A stretch of 64,000 bases of DNA from Gammaproteobacteria bacterium (GTDB lineage: Bacteria; Pseudomonadota; Gammaproteobacteria; UBA4575): the NCBI GenBank assembly GCA_965221955.1, contig CBDCTA010000022.1, positions 373,734 through 437,733 on the forward strand, in the 5' to 3' direction. The first letter of the stretch is position 1. The number at the start of each line of letters is the position of its first letter. This document shows positions 20,101-28,874 of this stretch, piece after piece. A model generated the notes under the pieces. It did not search any database and was not told where the DNA came from. It saw only the letters and a program-made list of their open reading frames with translations. The position numbers were made by a program, and so were the translations under genes.

Positions 20101-21623
20101 GCTTCTTCCAATACAGTAGGTATAGTGAAATGAAAAGTAGTTCCTTTATCTGTGTTTTGGGTAAACCACATATGCCCTCCATGCAGTTGGATGATTGATT
20201 GACAAATTGCTAAACCCATGCCCATCCCGGAAGATTTTGTCGTATAAAATGGGTTAAATAAATTTTGCGCGGTTTCTTCATCTATACCTTTGCCAAAATC
20301 TCTTACCGAAACTTGGATTCTATTTTCATTTTTTAATAAAGTAGATGAAACAATGATTTTTTTATATTTCTGGTCTTCTACTGCGGTTGCTTCCATTCCA
20401 TTACGAATTAAATTTAATATCACCTGTTGAATTTGTATTGCATCCGCTGCAACATTTGGCAAAGTATCTGCAAGCTCAAGTTTAATTTTAAACTCCATGG
20501 CTTGGGTATCTGCTTGCGCTAAATTCGCTGCCTCTTCTATTGAAGTATTAATATTTATATAGGCATGTGTTTTGGTTTCATGCTTCACCATAGCTCGTAA
20601 GCGAGCAATAACATCACTTGCCCGCAAAGAAGCTTTAGAGATTTTCTTAAGTAATTCATGCAATTTCTCATAGTCTATATTTTCAGCTTTTATCCTGCGT
20701 TGCGCTGCTTTCGCGTAGGAATCAATTGCGGTTAATGGCTGATTGATTTCATGTGCAATTCCAGCTGCCATTTCTCCCATCATGCTTACACGATCCATAT
20801 GTGCCAGTTGCTCTTGTTGAGTTTTGATTTGCTCTTCTGTCTCTACATCTTTAGTGATGTCTAAAATATGAGTGATTAATAAGGCAGGTTCACCTTTTTC
20901 ATCATGTGCAAGTGCGACATTTTCATTTACTAGCGCAACATTTAATAATACATTTATAACTTTGTTGTCTTTGCGTAGATAACGTTTTTCAAGACTGTAT
21001 CCAGATAGGTCACCGCTTAATAATTTTCGTAAGTAATCTTTGCTGACATCAATATCATCTGGGTGAGTAATATCGATGTAGGTTAGTTTTAAAAGTTCAG
21101 GTTTAGAGTAGCCTAAAATATCGCATAAAGTTGGATTTACATTTACATACTTACCATCTAGATTCATTACCGCTACACCAGTCGGCGCATTTTCAAAAAC
21201 CAGCCTGAACTCTTCTTCATATAAGCGAGATGCTTCTTGAGCCTGTTTGACATCGGTAAGATCCTGAATGAATCCGGTAAAATAATGCTGATTATTATCT
21301 GTGAATTCGGCGACGGATAACCATATCGGCAGGCTACTACCGCCCTTTCGTAGGGCAGTAAGTTCCCGCCCCTTTCCAATAATCTTGGCATCACCAGTGG
21401 TAAGATAACTATGAATATAACCATCATGTTGTTCTTGGTAGGGAGACGGCATAAGCATGCTGATATTTTTTCCAATGACTTCTTCTGCCGTATAAGCAAA
21501 CATTCTTTCAGCGGCAGGATTAAAGGACTGGATGATTCCAGCATTGTCGATGGTAATAATGCCCTCAAAAGATGATTCAATAATCGCGTGTAAGCGCGAA
21601 GCAGTATTCAAAGGGACAGTCAT
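20097..21623 (-). CDS. fixL: FixL-type O2-sensing histidine kinase (heme-PAS, PAS, HisKA, HATPase; no TM)
   Basis: Heme-PAS signature LMPSPYQEQHDGYIHSYLTTGDAKIIGKGRE (proximal His, distal Arg), H-box GIAHEINQPL, and N/G boxes. 4-nt overlap with fixJ. Confidence 0.9.
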   Translation of the reverse strand: MTVPLNTASRLHAIIESSFEGIITIDNAGIIQSFNPAAERMFAYTAEEVIGKNISMLMPSPYQEQHDGYIHSYLTTGDAKIIGKGRELTALRKGGSSLPIWLSVAEFTDNNQHYFTGFIQDLTDVKQAQEASRLYEEEFRLVFENAPTGVAVMNLDGKYVNVNPTLCDILGYSKPELLKLTYIDITHPDDIDVSKDYLRKLLSGDLSGYSLEKRYLRKDNKVINVLLNVALVNENVALAHDEKGEPALLITHILDITKDVETEEQIKTQQEQLAHMDRVSMMGEMAAGIAHEINQPLTAIDSYAKAAQRRIKAENIDYEKLHELLKKISKASLRASDVIARLRAMVKHETKTHAYININTSIEEAANLAQADTQAMEFKIKLELADTLPNVAADAIQIQQVILNLIRNGMEATAVEDQKYKKIIVSSTLLKNENRIQVSVRDFGKGIDEETAQNLFNPFYTTKSSGMGMGLAICQSIIQLHGGHMWFTQNTDKGTTFHFTIPTVLEEA

Positions 21624-22014
21624 AACATGGAATTAGTTTGATTCATGGGGTCTTATTATTTTTATTCTTTAACTACCCTATTAGCTGTGCGGCTAAATGC
21701 CATTACTTAATCAGCAGCCTTTCTGGTAACAGAAAAAACCAGCATTTTCGCTATAAGCAGTGCCATTTTAGCAGCGCAATCTTCTTTACAAATATGCAAT
21801 TATTTTTTCATATATTTCATGCCCTTAGCTGAACCTTGGCATCTATCCGTACATAGCTTGATCAGCCGAACTAGGTATTTTCCGAAGGTGTCATACGCGT
21901 ACGTACGAATTTTTTCTAACTAAGGTTCCAGGTCCAATAATACGTAAGGATGAAGATCTGATTTAGCACGGACAAAACAAAGATAACGAATATTTTTAAA
22001 CCGGAGTAAAGGCT

Positions 22015-22761
22015 ATGCAAACCGCAACCGCTATACCAGTTCAAAAGACATATGCATCAGCACATATGTACACACAAAATAATTGCCAACATTGCCATAA
22101 AACTGATGTTTGCTTTGCGCATTCATTAGAGGGTGAAGAGCTTGAAGCTTTTAATTCAATTGTTAAGCATTCTAAGAAATTAAATCGAGGGGATTATCTC
22201 TATCAAGCAGGAGATCAATTCAATTCGATTTATGTCATTCGCAGTGGTTCTATTAAAACCTTCATTGATGACGAAGAAGGTCGTGAACAAATATTAGGAT
22301 TTTCGATTCAGGGCGACGTAGTCGCATTAGACGGTACCACCTCAACGGTATATCCCACTTCCGCGCAAGCGCTAGAAACTACCTATGTATGTGAAATTCC
22401 TTTTGCACGCTACATGGAGTTAGCGGCTGAGATTCCTGCTCTTTATCAACACTTGTTGACACAAATGACTCATCAAATTCGAGATGATGAAGAACATACA
22501 TTGTTGATTGGTACAAAAAGCGCCGAACAACGTCTTGCGACCTTATTAGTCAATTTTTCCAATCGCTATGCTGAAAGAGGGTTTTCAAAGACGGAGTTTA
22601 ATCTACATATGTCACGTCGTGATATTGGCAACTACCTCTCAGCTGCCATGGAAACTGTTAGCCGATTATTTTCTCGCTTACAAGCGAATGGCCTTATTGA
22701 AGTACATGGCAAGCTCGTGGCCATTAAAGACCTAGAAGGATTGCAAAGATACGCATCATAG
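22015..22761 (+). CDS. fnr: FNR-type Crp/Fnr regulator with all four [4Fe-4S] cysteines
   Basis: CQHC-x5-C at the N-terminus, internal YVCEIPF, AEQRLA, and recognition helix ETVSR. Confidence 0.88.
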   Translation: MQTATAIPVQKTYASAHMYTQNNCQHCHKTDVCFAHSLEGEELEAFNSIVKHSKKLNRGDYLYQAGDQFNSIYVIRSGSIKTFIDDEEGREQILGFSIQGDVVALDGTTSTVYPTSAQALETTYVCEIPFARYMELAAEIPALYQHLLTQMTHQIRDDEEHTLLIGTKSAEQRLATLLVNFSNRYAERGFSKTEFNLHMSRRDIGNYLSAAMETVSRLFSRLQANGLIEVHGKLVAIKDLEGLQRYAS

Positions 22762-22770
22762 ATACTTTTT

Positions 22771-22929
22771 TAGGAATCGAGTTTAAAACATAGATGATAC
22801 TCCATGAAAGAGGTTGAAACGCTAAGGAAGGTGAAATTTAAAAGGAAGTTAATTTAAGGAGTGATGCTGCAGGGACAGGTAATGACGTTTAGTGTAAAAT
22901 TTAAAACAATTACTAAATGTCTAGCCCTG
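22771..22929 (+). ncRNA. Candidate CsrA/RsmA-binding GGA-repeat RNA (sRNA or fnr 3' UTR)
   Basis: Five GGA motifs, four of them ANGGA (22824, 22842, 22856, 22871), followed by the hairpin GACGTTTAGT/ACTAAATGTC (22884-22921). Confidence 0.35.
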
Positions 22930-22970
22930 GTCTTGAAATAACATATTACTTACAAATGGGTGATAAGAGC

Positions 22971-23387
22971 ATGAAAAAAAATTACACGTACAGTTTTATC
23001 TTAATTGTGTTGTTAATTTCTTCGATAAACATTAGTGCTGCTGAAGAAGTTAAAGATATAGTAGGTAAGAAAGAGTTTATGACCTATTGTGGGTCTTGCC
23101 ACGGAAGTGATGGAAAAGGGGATGGACCGATTGTTGACTTTATTAAACGAAAACCTGTGGATTTAACTCAACTTACTAAAAACAATGACGGTGCTTTCCC
23201 TTTTGAACGCATTTGGGGTGTATTTGATGGTAGTTATATCTTCGCAGAGCATGGTACGAGTGATATGCCGATTTGGGGTTATCGCTTTGTGCAAGAAGCA
23301 CAACAAAAAAATGAATCTGATATCTCTAGTAAAGCTAGAGCAAAAGCCTTAAATATAATTTTATATATACAAGTCATACAGGAGTGA
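22971..23387 (+). CDS. Periplasmic monoheme cytochrome c (paralog 2 of 6)
   Basis: Start set to ATG 22971 (MKKNY...). Signal peptide, CGSCH, PVDLTQL, GAFP and HGTSDMPIWG. Confidence 0.88.
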   Translation: MKKNYTYSFILIVLLISSINISAAEEVKDIVGKKEFMTYCGSCHGSDGKGDGPIVDFIKRKPVDLTQLTKNNDGAFPFERIWGVFDGSYIFAEHGTSDMPIWGYRFVQEAQQKNESDISSKARAKALNIILYIQVIQE

Positions 23388-23389
23388 TC

Positions 23390-23848
23390 ATGAAATCAGT
23401 AATCAAATGCTCAATGTTAATAGTTTTTACTCTTATATCACTACACGTGTATGCAGATTCAGCTGAACGTGATCCTATTATCGGTGGAGTGGAGTTTGAG
23501 CGTTCTTGCGCTATATGCCATGGATTTAATGGTAAAGGTGCAGGCGTGATGGCAGACTCATTAACAAAAGCGCCATCAGATTTAACGCAACTTACAAATA
23601 ACAATAATGGCCATTTCCCTTTTAATGACGTGTATCGAACTATTGAAGGTTCACCCAATGTTGGAGTTCATGGCACAAGAGAAATGCCAATTTGGGGTGA
23701 CCGTTATCGTATGGAAGCTGAAGAATATAATGAATTAGCTAAAAAATACCATGAAATAACTCAACAGTCCGCTATCGATGAATACCTTTATTCACGTGGT
23801 CTAATCCTTGACCTAATTGTTTATATTATGTCTATACAAGAACAATAA
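23390..23848 (+). CDS. Periplasmic monoheme cytochrome c (paralog 3 of 6)
   Basis: AGGAG RBS, signal peptide, CAICH, PSDLTQL, GHFP and HGTREMPIWG. Confidence 0.88.
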   Translation: MKSVIKCSMLIVFTLISLHVYADSAERDPIIGGVEFERSCAICHGFNGKGAGVMADSLTKAPSDLTQLTNNNNGHFPFNDVYRTIEGSPNVGVHGTREMPIWGDRYRMEAEEYNELAKKYHEITQQSAIDEYLYSRGLILDLIVYIMSIQEQ

Positions 23849-23873
23849 GCCTGTAAAAATTTAGGAGGTAAAT

Positions 23874-24107
23874 ATGTCTAAAACAGTTAGCAGAGATGAA
23901 TTATTAACCAAGCAACATGAGCTTATAGACCGTGTTACAGCTATTAAAAGAGATTTCGAGAGTGGATTAGACCCTGACCTCGAAGAGCAAGCTCAACAAT
24001 TGGAAAACTATGAGGTTTTACAGAGGTTGCTAGAACAAGCGAATGCAGAACTTGATAAAATAGACGAGCAATTAAGGAAAATGGCTGTTGTGTCTGATAC
24101 TAATTAA
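23874..24107 (+). CDS. DksA/TraR-like coiled-coil protein lacking the C4 zinc finger
   Basis: AGGAGG RBS. LDPDLEEQAQQLENYEVL...ELDKIDEQLRKM resembles the DksA/TraR-family N-terminal half. No Cys. Confidence 0.65.
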   Translation: MSKTVSRDELLTKQHELIDRVTAIKRDFESGLDPDLEEQAQQLENYEVLQRLLEQANAELDKIDEQLRKMAVVSDTN

Positions 24108-24127
24108 TAAAAACTTAGTGAACCAGG

Positions 24128-24580
24128 TTAAACCTTACGTACGGCTAACACATCACATTCTGCATTATTTAACACAGACTGTGCAGTAGATCCAATAAGC
24201 TTTTTAATGCCATGAACGCCATGTGCACCGACAATGATTAGATCCATTTTTTTAGCCTTCGCTGCAAATAAGATTGAAAAACGTGGTACACCAACTTCTG
24301 CTAGAAAGCTAACATTTCCTAAATTATATTTTTTCGCTTCTTCTTTGAGAGCAGCTTCAGCATCTTGTTTTAGTTTCATCTCCTCAGAGGACCACTCTCT
24401 GCTATAACTGATTGCCGCATTTTGTGAGGCGCCTATGAGAGTAGGCATATCTCGTTCCACAACATGAAACAAAGTGATATTTGCATCAGAGTCTTCACTT
24501 ATCGTTTCAAGTTTCTTGAAAATTACATCGGTTAATTCAGAATAATCAACCGCTACTAAAACATTTTTATAGGGAAACAT
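24128..24580 (-). CDS. Universal stress protein, UspA-like
   Basis: YKNVLVAVDYS, LFHVVE and DLIIVGAHG...LIGSTAQSVLNNAECDVLAV. Confidence 0.9.
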   Translation of the reverse strand: MFPYKNVLVAVDYSELTDVIFKKLETISEDSDANITLFHVVERDMPTLIGASQNAAISYSREWSSEEMKLKQDAEAALKEEAKKYNLGNVSFLAEVGVPRFSILFAAKAKKMDLIIVGAHGVHGIKKLIGSTAQSVLNNAECDVLAVRKV

Positions 24581-24582
24581 AT

Positions 24583-24849
24583 TTAGTGCTCCTTATTACG
24601 CAAATTATGTATGTCTTCTAAAAGTTGTAATGCCAGTGCTGCACCTGGAATGTTAATTTCTAATTCCTTATAAAATCTTGATGCACGCCCAATACGCTCA
24701 AAATCTTTGTGAGAAAACAACCATCTCTCAGGCTTATTTCCAGAAGGTTCAGCAATTCCCCAAGAAACCATTTCATCAACCGTCTCTTGATTTAATTTAT
24801 ATGATTTACAAACTGCCTTAGTTGTATAAAACACATTATTGTTCAGCAT
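24583..24849 (-). CDS. CbpM-like chaperone modulator (MerR-like HTH), orphan copy
   Basis: EMVSWGIAEP...WLF...RASRFYKELEINIPGAALALQLLEDI, similar to the 58881-59192 protein. Confidence 0.8.
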   Translation of the reverse strand: MLNNNVFYTTKAVCKSYKLNQETVDEMVSWGIAEPSGNKPERWLFSHKDFERIGRASRFYKELEINIPGAALALQLLEDIHNLRNKEH

Positions 24850-24926
24850 ATGATCCTTTATTGAAATATTACGTCTATGGCACTTACATCAGGATCTGAA
24901 TATAGGCATGTGTGTATGCTTGGTTG

Positions 24927-24940
24927 TTGATATATATCAA
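24927..24940. promoter_or_regulatory. FNR box (perfect), bidirectional
   Basis: TTGATATATATCAA between divergent genes, with TATATT -10-like hexamers on both sides (24899-24904 minus, 24963-24968 plus). Confidence 0.88.
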
Positions 24941-25012
24941 ACAGATAGAGGGTTTCTGTATTTATATTAGAAATCAAGAAATTCATATAATAATTTTTTT
25001 CACAACATTCGT

Positions 25013-26308
25013 ATGGACATTGAGTTAATTATCAATTTGTTAGTTTCTCTTGTCATTGGTGTAATTATTGGCTTTGAAAGAGAATGGAAGACTCAAAGTC
25101 AAGCTGGAAAAACCTATGATGCTGGGTTGCGAACCTTTGCGATAGTGAGTTTTTTAGGCGGAGTATCGGCGTTACTCAGCGATGCCGTCACACCTCTTAT
25201 ATTACCCGCCATTGCTTTAGGCTTATCTTCAATTATTTTTATTAGTTACAGACTGAATGCGAAAAAATCAGCAGATTTTGGTTATACAACCGAAGTTACG
25301 TTATTGCTTGTTTTTGCAATTGGTGCATTTGCAGCTGTGGGATATAAAGTTGAAGCTATTGCTTTGGCTGCCATAGTGGTTGCGCTGCTACGACTTAAGA
25401 GCAAATTACATTTATATATAAAAACACTTGATGCTGATGAAGTAAATGCAACGATCCAGTTGTTATTATTAGCTGCAGTTGCTCTACCTTTACTCCCTAA
25501 TACCAACATTGGACCTGGAGATGCGATTAATCCTCGTACCATAGGTGTCTTAATATTATTGATTGCTGGAATTTCTTATTTTGGTTATTTCAGTGTGAAA
25601 TTGCTTGGTAATCGTTTAGGTATATTTTTGACAGCACTGTTAGGTGGGTTAACTTCTTCAACGGCTGTAACCGTGGCTTTTTCAAAAATGGCATCGAATA
25701 ATAATGATTCCTCGAATGCATTGCTTGGCGGAGGCATTTCATTAGCTGCAGCGATGATGGGTCCGAGGTTACTCCTCATGATTGGTATTTTAAATTTATC
25801 GTTGCTTCGCTACATCAGCCCTGTATTAATCGTTCTTACATTAATTCCAGCCGTCGCTGTCATCTGGATTGCTTATCGTTTTCAGCAAGGTGAAAAACTG
25901 AATGCCGAGCTAAAACTAAAAAACCCATTACAGCTAGATACTGCAGCTATTTATGGCGTAGTGCTATCAATTTTATTTTTAATAGTGCATCTTGTTGAGG
26001 ATTATTTTGGTACAGCAGGTGTGTATACGCTGGCTGCATTATCTGGAATTGCCGATGTCGATGCAATTAGTATTACTTTAGCTAAATCATCCCATCCTGT
26101 TAGCGATAATCTTGTTGCACAAATCGCGGCGAATGGAATTTTAATTGCGGTTTTTGTTAATACCGCGGTTAAAGCTGTTATTTCTCAAGTGATAGGAGGA
26201 TGGAAATTGGCGAAATGGAGCGGAAGCATACTTCTTGTTGCATTTGTTGTTGGTTTACTTATGTATTTTACTATATCACCTATTGAAAATATTTTTAATA
26301 GTAACTAG
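25013..26308 (+). CDS. MgtC/SapB-domain plus DUF4010 membrane protein
   Basis: IIGFERE...AGLRTF (MgtC/SapB N-domain), GGLTSSTAVT and SGIADVDAISI. Many TM helices. Confidence 0.85.
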   Translation: MDIELIINLLVSLVIGVIIGFEREWKTQSQAGKTYDAGLRTFAIVSFLGGVSALLSDAVTPLILPAIALGLSSIIFISYRLNAKKSADFGYTTEVTLLLVFAIGAFAAVGYKVEAIALAAIVVALLRLKSKLHLYIKTLDADEVNATIQLLLLAAVALPLLPNTNIGPGDAINPRTIGVLILLIAGISYFGYFSVKLLGNRLGIFLTALLGGLTSSTAVTVAFSKMASNNNDSSNALLGGGISLAAAMMGPRLLLMIGILNLSLLRYISPVLIVLTLIPAVAVIWIAYRFQQGEKLNAELKLKNPLQLDTAAIYGVVLSILFLIVHLVEDYFGTAGVYTLAALSGIADVDAISITLAKSSHPVSDNLVAQIAANGILIAVFVNTAVKAVISQVIGGWKLAKWSGSILLVAFVVGLLMYFTISPIENIFNSN

Positions 26309-26321
26309 TTCAATTTTGTAT

Positions 26322-27203
26322 ATGCATGAAACAAATTTAAATAAGACCACAGTTGATAATTTGATCGACGCAAATACAAACTTTGAAGATTTAATAGAAA
26401 ATATCTTTAAAGATTATTTAGAAGAAATTCTAAATAATCATAAATTACTATCCAATTCATATGATGATGAAAACTTGCATCAAATGAGGGTTAGTTTAAG
26501 AAAATTTAAGTCTTTTTTAAGTTTTATTAAGAACGATATACCTAAAAAAGAATGGAAATATGCGAATACTTTATATAAAAATTTAATTAAACCAACCTCA
26601 AAGGCAAGAGATTATGATGTGTTTAAGAGTGAATATTTACATCCCAATTATACTCACAATAAAAAAGTGGGTGAGAGTCAGGAAATATATGAAGTATTTG
26701 AAAGTAAGCTAAAGAGTTTACATGAAAATATTGAAAGTCATTTAGCATCAAATCAATATTTGAATGACTTAGAAAAGTTATCTGATTGGGCAACACATTA
26801 TAGGTGGAAAAAGAAGTTATCAAAATTTAGAAAATGTAAAGGTGAGGAATTAATAGCTTTAGTCAATAGAATGGTACAACAAAAATACAAGAGTATTACT
26901 AAATATAAAAAGCATGTTTTAAATTTTAATCGTAAAGAACTACACCGATATCGAGTAGATATCAAAGAACTTCGATATACGTTAGAAGCACTAGAACCGT
27001 ATATCGAACATGGCAAGAAAGAAGCTAAATTGTTAAAAAACATGCAAGAAATTTTAGGCAAAATTAATGACACCTATACCGCTGAAAACGTAGTGCAAGA
27101 ATTAAACCTCAGCAATAATCATGCTCGACCCAGGCCATCCATTGAACAACGCGCCTTTGACCAAAGACATCGGTACTTCGTCCAATTAGCTAATATTAAA
27201 TAA
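26322..27203 (+). CDS. CHAD-domain (polyphosphate-binding) protein
   Basis: LHQMRVSLRKFKS, ARDYDV, LHRYRVDIKELRY and QEILGKIND. Start set to ATG 26322. Visibly more AT-rich than its neighbours. Confidence 0.8.
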   Translation: MHETNLNKTTVDNLIDANTNFEDLIENIFKDYLEEILNNHKLLSNSYDDENLHQMRVSLRKFKSFLSFIKNDIPKKEWKYANTLYKNLIKPTSKARDYDVFKSEYLHPNYTHNKKVGESQEIYEVFESKLKSLHENIESHLASNQYLNDLEKLSDWATHYRWKKKLSKFRKCKGEELIALVNRMVQQKYKSITKYKKHVLNFNRKELHRYRVDIKELRYTLEALEPYIEHGKKEAKLLKNMQEILGKINDTYTAENVVQELNLSNNHARPRPSIEQRAFDQRHRYFVQLANIK

Positions 27204-27213
27204 CTGCACTTTA

Positions 27214-27227
27214 TTGATCTTAATCAA
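27214..27227. promoter_or_regulatory. FNR box (perfect) upstream of hsp20
   Basis: TTGATCTTAATCAA. Confidence 0.88.
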
Positions 27228-27287
27228 TACTCCATTGAGTTTAGGATTTAGAATTTTCCTACTAAATTCACTACGGAGGATGCACAA

Positions 27288-27728
27288 ATGAAATTAGTCC
27301 CTAGAGATCCTTTTTTTAATTACTTCCCACATTTTAAGGATATTAATCGATTTTTTAATGTGGAATTAGACGATGAAGATAGCACAGTTGCTACAAGCGC
27401 TTGGACACCCGCCGTGGATATCGCTGAACATGACGATCATTTTCTTATTGAAGCCGATGTTCCAGGTGTTGATCCTAAAGACATTGAAGTCAGCATGGAG
27501 AGCGGTGTTATATCGCTAAAAGGTGAGCGCGAAAATGAGATAAAAGAGGAAAAAGAAGGCTACACTCGCGTTGAACGTTCACATGGAAGTTTTTATCGAC
27601 GTTTTAGCCTTCCTGAAACAGCCGATCCTGAGAACATTACGGCTAAATCAAGTAAAGGTGTATTAAAAATTACCGTTGGTAAAAAAGAAACTGCCAAGCC
27701 TAAAAAAATTACAGTAAACGTTCAATAG
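27288..27728 (+). CDS. Hsp20/alpha-crystallin small heat-shock protein
   Basis: WTPAVDI, ADVPGV, ERSHGSFYRRFSLP, GVLKI and a C-terminal IxV motif. GGAGG RBS. Confidence 0.93.
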   Translation: MKLVPRDPFFNYFPHFKDINRFFNVELDDEDSTVATSAWTPAVDIAEHDDHFLIEADVPGVDPKDIEVSMESGVISLKGERENEIKEEKEGYTRVERSHGSFYRRFSLPETADPENITAKSSKGVLKITVGKKETAKPKKITVNVQ

Positions 27729-27742
27729 ATCTGTCTCATATG

Positions 27743-27782
27743 CAAGACCGCATATCTAATAACAATTCGATGTGTGGTCTTG
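27743..27782 (+). terminator. Stem-loop after hsp20
   Basis: CAAGACCGCATATC-N12-GATGTGTGGTCTTG (14 bp including G-U pairs) followed by AAGTTTT. Confidence 0.55.
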
Positions 27783-27864
27783 AAGTTTTCAATTTTTAAA
27801 AATAGTATTTTTCAAGCTACAACCATCTGTTTGTTTTCTATAATGTAGGACACTATTTAAACTG

Positions 27865-27895
27865 CAGCATTGTTAACAATGCTGACATACATCAA
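27865..27895. promoter_or_regulatory. Perfect 20-bp palindrome overlapping a degenerate FNR box, upstream of the tandem USPs
   Basis: CAGCATTGTTAACAATGCTG (27865-27884) and CTGACATACATCAA (27882-27895). Confidence 0.6.
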
Positions 27896-27993
27896 AGCCT
27901 TATCCCAAATCAAATATATAGTGTGTATAAGATATTCGTAGGAATTAGTTAACTCTTTATGAGTGGCTTCGCTAATGATTAAGGAGATGAAAT

Positions 27994-28833
27994 ATGTCTA
28001 TTAAAGATATTTTAGTGATATGTGATGCAGGTGAAGCAAACGACTATCGTGTTGAAACCGCGATGTTATTGGCAAAAGTTTATCAGGCACATGTAACTGG
28101 CATACATTTTGTGCCCTTTCCTGTTATTCCAGTCTATGGTGGCGGCTATCCTGATGCTATTCCTTATCTTTCAACTGATCAAATGAAGCAGTCTGAAGAA
28201 ACAGCTAATGTACTATGTGAGAAATTTAAGAAGAAATCTGCTGAACTAGAAATCCCTAGCGAATGGAAAGTGATAGATGGCGTAGATGTTCGATATATTA
28301 TTGACAACGCGCGTTATGCCGATATCGTAATTGTTCCACAAGGTTATTCAAAATATGGGGAAGATTACACTCAGAAGATAGACGATTATTTATCTATTCA
28401 CTTGGGCCGGCCGCTATTAGTCGTTCCAGATCTAAAAAAAGTTTTCACTTTGCCTAGAAGAGTGGTGATTGCATGGAATGAAAGCCACGAAGCTGCAAGG
28501 GCGGTGCACGATGCGATGCCATTACTACAATATGCAGAAGAAATCCAAGTAATAAGTGTTGCATCAAGCGCAAAGAAAGAAAAACAGCTCATGATTTATG
28601 ATAATGATTTACGCAAACATCTATCTCATCATGGTATTGAAGTTGAGGTTGCATCCTTGGATCCAGCATCTAAAGGTACAGGAAAAACAATCTTAGAGGG
28701 CGCAATAGAGTATAATGCTGATTTAATCGTGATGGGTGCTTATGGGCATACACGTCTCAAAGAAATAGTCTTAGGCGGAGCGACGAAGTATTTATTAAAC
28801 AATACAACTATTCCTTTATTTTTATCGCATTAA
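27994..28833 (+). CDS. Tandem-domain universal stress protein (copy A)
   Basis: MSIKDILV, ARYADIVI, GRPLLVVP, IAWNESHEAARAVHDAMPLL and DLIVMGAYGHTRLKEIVLGGAT. Confidence 0.92.
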   Translation: MSIKDILVICDAGEANDYRVETAMLLAKVYQAHVTGIHFVPFPVIPVYGGGYPDAIPYLSTDQMKQSEETANVLCEKFKKKSAELEIPSEWKVIDGVDVRYIIDNARYADIVIVPQGYSKYGEDYTQKIDDYLSIHLGRPLLVVPDLKKVFTLPRRVVIAWNESHEAARAVHDAMPLLQYAEEIQVISVASSAKKEKQLMIYDNDLRKHLSHHGIEVEVASLDPASKGTGKTILEGAIEYNADLIVMGAYGHTRLKEIVLGGATKYLLNNTTIPLFLSH

Positions 28834-28874
28834 CAATACTACACGCATCCTAATTAATATTAATAATAAATAGC

